Positions 61,149-64,000 of a stretch of 64,000 nt of DNA are shown here, piece after piece. Both the position numbers and the translations under genes were made by a program. The DNA lies in contig CAWDFP010000006.1 of assembly GCA_963801605.1 (NCBI GenBank), forward strand, positions 1,280,001-1,344,000, read 5' to 3'. Below the pieces are notes generated by a model. That model was given only the letters and a program-made list of their open reading frames with translations, did not search any database and had not been told where the DNA came from. The first letter of the stretch is position 1; each line of letters opens with the position of its first letter. The stretch comes from an uncultured candidate division Zixibacteria bacterium. GTDB lineage: Bacteria; Zixibacteria; MSB-5A5; UBA10806.

Positions 61149-61842
61149 ATGAAAAATTCGCGTATGCTCCTGGTCTGTATCGGGCTCAGTGTTATAATTC
61201 TGCCATTAATTTTTATAACCTGCAGTAGCAACAGTACGACCAGCCCGGCGTTGGTTCCGACGGTGCCATCGCAGCTTAACGGCAGCGCGATAACATCGAG
61301 CTCGGCGATCCTATATTGGCAGGATAATTCCGATAACGAGAATGGATTTGATCTGTTTCGCCATCCTGTGGAAAATCAATTCTGGACCAGGGTGGTTCGC
61401 CTGCCGGCCAATACAGATTCATATATTGATACCGCTTTGACGGACAGTAGCGCCTATACTTATTATGTGCGGGCTTTCAATACTGCCGGTAATTCAACCG
61501 CCAGCGCTACATTTACATTGACTACCTTTGCGATCGGTCTGCCGCCTGACGCACCCCGCAATCAAATCCCCTGGAACGGCGTTGATTCCGTTTTAATTAA
61601 TCAATTATTTAGTTGGGAATGCGTTCGATCCCGACGGCGACCCCCTGACTTTCGATATAAAACTTGGACGGGATACGATTCCCGATATTATCCGCACCAG
61701 TTGGCCCTACGACACGCTCAGCCACCCGCTCAGCCAGCCTCTCAGCCCCAATACCACTTACTATTGGCAAGTGATTGCCAAGGATACGCACAAGCATCAG
61801 ACACCCAGCCCGCGATGGTATTTCACGACCGGAGATCATTAA
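61149..61842 (+). CDS. FN3-domain lipoprotein (frameshift near 61625)
   Basis: Lipobox 'ITC', 'WQDNSDNENGF', 'YYVRAFN'; continues 'DPDGDPLTFD...TTYYWQV..WYFTT' in the shifted frame. Confidence 0.75.
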
Positions 61843-61956
61843 AATAGTTAAATCGTAAATTCGGCGGCGTTAGGCAAACCCTGACGCCGCCTATTATTTT
61901 GATTTGACAGCGGGTCCATTTTCAGTTATGCTGTTAATGCGGAAAGGAATTCCTTA

Positions 61957-62719
61957 ATGCCCCAACAAATCAGAATGAGAATTTTGTTTTTTAGCGTAAT
62001 TTGTTATTTCATTTTAATAATCCCGCCAGGGAGTATTGCCGGCGCGGGAACCCCCAACCGTTTTTTGATATCATTCAGCGGCGATTGGGCCAACTACAAT
62101 ATGAAAGGAATGGCCGGGACCAGCTACTACTGGCGGCAGTATTCTACAGGAATCACCTTCGATCAAACATATCGTGAACGGATATCGGGGGGGCCGGGCT
62201 TTTCAGTTGAATTGGCTTATCGCCTGACCGATAGATTCTCATGCGGAATCGGAGCGATATATCAGATTCCTCGCCATATTGACTATTCTCTGGACAGGTA
62301 TGCATTTATGGATGATTATTATTACTTGTCCGATCAACCCGAATTTCGCTTGATTGGAGCGAAATTGTTTGCGCCGAATATTATATTGGGATATCGCCTG
62401 CCATTAAAGGATATAACGTTAAATTTCTCGACAAAGGTAGCTTGGCTTTTGGGATCTGCTGAACATGACCAGCCGATATATTATACCGTTTGGCGCAAAC
62501 GAAGATATGAGATGGCGCTTCACTGCCGGGGGAGTGGGGTATATTTTTAACACTGGATTGTCGCACAGGCTAACTAAGACGCTTTATATAAAATCCGATT
62601 TGGGCTACCGATTCTTAAAAACAAATGAACTCAAGGATAAGGACGGCAACAAGTGGAGCGGTATGCGGCTTGATTTCAGCGGACCGTTTGTCGGGGCGGG
62701 ATTTGAATTTGGTTTATAA
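61957..62719 (+). CDS. Outer-membrane beta-barrel protein (frameshift near 62485)
   Basis: Two ORFs join into a barrel ending 'LDFSGPFVGAGFEFGL'. Confidence 0.65.
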
Positions 62720-62732
62720 GAGGCGGTAGATA

Positions 62733-63467
62733 ATGGCAGGGTCAGGCAGAAGCGGTGTAATCCTATTATCGGCGATCGCCGTAATGCTGTTGGTTACTCC
62801 GGCATATCGCCTGGAATTCGCATTCGCCGAATATATCGAATACCGGTTTTCATATTGGCGTGAACGGAGGCTGGGGGCATTTCAATCTGGGCGATCTCAA
62901 CGAATATCCAATGTGTTTATCGGTAGAAAAACTAATAACGGACTAAACCTGAGTATTGATGGTACTTATTTTTTATCGGGGAAGTTTGCTCTTGCTGTTG
63001 GGATTAACTATATGTCCAGTAGCGTCAGGGGCGATTTTCGGTCGCCGTATCCCTCGGATAATAACATGGTTTTGTATACCTATTCACAGAATATTAAAGC
63101 CTATGCGCCCTATCTTGGGATTAGATATTATTTCCCGCTGGCCCATGTTGATTATTTCCTCTCAGCCGATCAGATATTAGGTTTTGGCAAGGTACACACA
63201 AAATATCTTCGTTCGGATGTTAGAATAAACTCCGATAGGAATTATACTGGGATCGGCATTGGAATCTCTGGTTCGGGCGGACTACACAAAAGTTTCGATA
63301 GACATTTCGGCTTGAATATCGAAGTGGGATATAGATATTTAGTAACCGGTGATCTGCTCGATAGCAATGACCAGCCATTGGCGGCATCCCAGGGGTCTAA
63401 CAGAAATGCCATTCTCGATCTCTCAGGCCCCTTTGCATCCATTGGGATTTCGTTTAAACTGTTTTGA
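62733..63467 (+). CDS. Outer-membrane beta-barrel protein, tandem paralog
   Basis: 'EVGYRYL', ends 'LDLSGPFASIGISFKLF'. Confidence 0.65.
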   Translation: MAGSGRSGVILLSAIAVMLLVTPAYRLEFAFAEYIEYRFSYWRERRLGAFQSGRSQRISNVFIGRKTNNGLNLSIDGTYFLSGKFALAVGINYMSSSVRGDFRSPYPSDNNMVLYTYSQNIKAYAPYLGIRYYFPLAHVDYFLSADQILGFGKVHTKYLRSDVRINSDRNYTGIGIGISGSGGLHKSFDRHFGLNIEVGYRYLVTGDLLDSNDQPLAASQGSNRNAILDLSGPFASIGISFKLF

Positions 63468-63499
63468 GCCGTTTTAAAACTATATCCGTTGAGGTTTAA

Positions 63500-63787
63500 A
63501 TGAGAAAGATTATTCTACTCTCTTTAGTTTTCGCCGCCTGCGTTCTGCTGCAATGCAGTGATCAAGGCGCCAAAGTTATTAAAGGACAGGGCACTATTCA
63601 TCTGTCGGTGGTGGAATGTTATGTTATCGATATGGACCATGGCGAGAGATACGAACCCCGCAACTTGTCCCCGGAGTTCATGCAATCAGGTTTGCGGGTT
63701 CGGATCATTGCCAGGATAGCAGAGAATCAGGTAAGCATTTGCCAGACCGGCGACATTATCGAATTAATCGAAATTCATCGGCTTTAA
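63500..63787 (+). CDS. Small lipoprotein, paralog of 40441-40743
   Basis: 'LLQCSDQGA', 'FMQSGLRVRI'. Confidence 0.7.
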   Translation: MRKIILLSLVFAACVLLQCSDQGAKVIKGQGTIHLSVVECYVIDMDHGERYEPRNLSPEFMQSGLRVRIIARIAENQVSICQTGDIIELIEIHRL

Positions 63788-64000
63788 CTTGATTAGCCGA
63801 ATATCCACTCATTTCTTTACCGCTTTGGACTGGCTAATTGCCCCTTTTTTATTCATCTTTCCATTTGACCAATTAAATATTATTATTATCTTTATGTCAT
63901 ACCAATAATGGCCGCCGGGGCCTGCCTCATATGTGACGGTCATAAAATTTATCCACCATCTGTAAGCGGTTCCAACCGGGTAGAGGAAAGAGGCGAGGAT

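Noticed and set aside
17836..62719. Many frameshifted genes (selB, amidohydrolase, SPFH, dockerin protein, adaptor, pncA, FN3 lipoprotein, OM barrel) as pseudogenes or programmed frameshifts
   Set aside because: They are scattered single-base indels, often at short homopolymers, in otherwise intact genes, including selB in a genome with Sec codons. Long-read consensus error is the simplest explanation.
1..64000. CRISPR array, rRNA, transposase or integrase
   Set aside because: No regularly spaced direct repeats or matching motifs were seen; the palindromes found are dispersed, not arrayed.
63900..64000. GC-rich possible leader or riboswitch at the window end
   Set aside because: Cut off by the window edge, with no recognisable consensus.

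Overview
64 kb of chromosome from a diderm bacterium. Three dockerin-like 'FNGLDVxY' C-terminal modules and a 'PNPFN' sorting domain suggest an FCB-related lineage such as Zixibacteria (inference). Ordinary content: holA, an ECF sigma/anti-sigma pair, pgsBCW poly-gamma-glutamate genes, pcm, pspC, degP, a complete selenocysteine locus (selC, Sec-containing selD, selA, selB), nfeD/SPFH, asnS, an arginine-synthetase-like gene next to arcC, a CCA-adding enzyme and many secreted or outer-membrane proteins. The main result is a phage head/DNA-packaging kit split into two divergent operons about 15 kb apart. The left operon (31.7-39.5 kb, minus strand) has protease, decoration protein, major capsid, adaptor and holin-like genes; the right operon (54.4-57.9 kb, plus strand) has portal and terminase genes. 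Both are preceded by the same bipartite motif (12 bp plus 28 bp, identical). No integrase, replication or tail genes are visible in the window. A candidate sigma-like activator lies between the operons and shares a Zn-binding motif with a gene of the packaging operon. Together this looks like a domesticated, tailless gene-transfer-agent-like system. Also seen: a hidden exported UxxC selenoprotein, a tRNA-Sec with a 12-bp acceptor/T branch, two related anti-SD-loop sRNA candidates, REP-like palindromes (some in-frame inside the terminase gene), and a junction fusing two truncated convergent genes. Many single-base frameshifts look like sequencing errors. All family calls come from motif recognition, not database searches.
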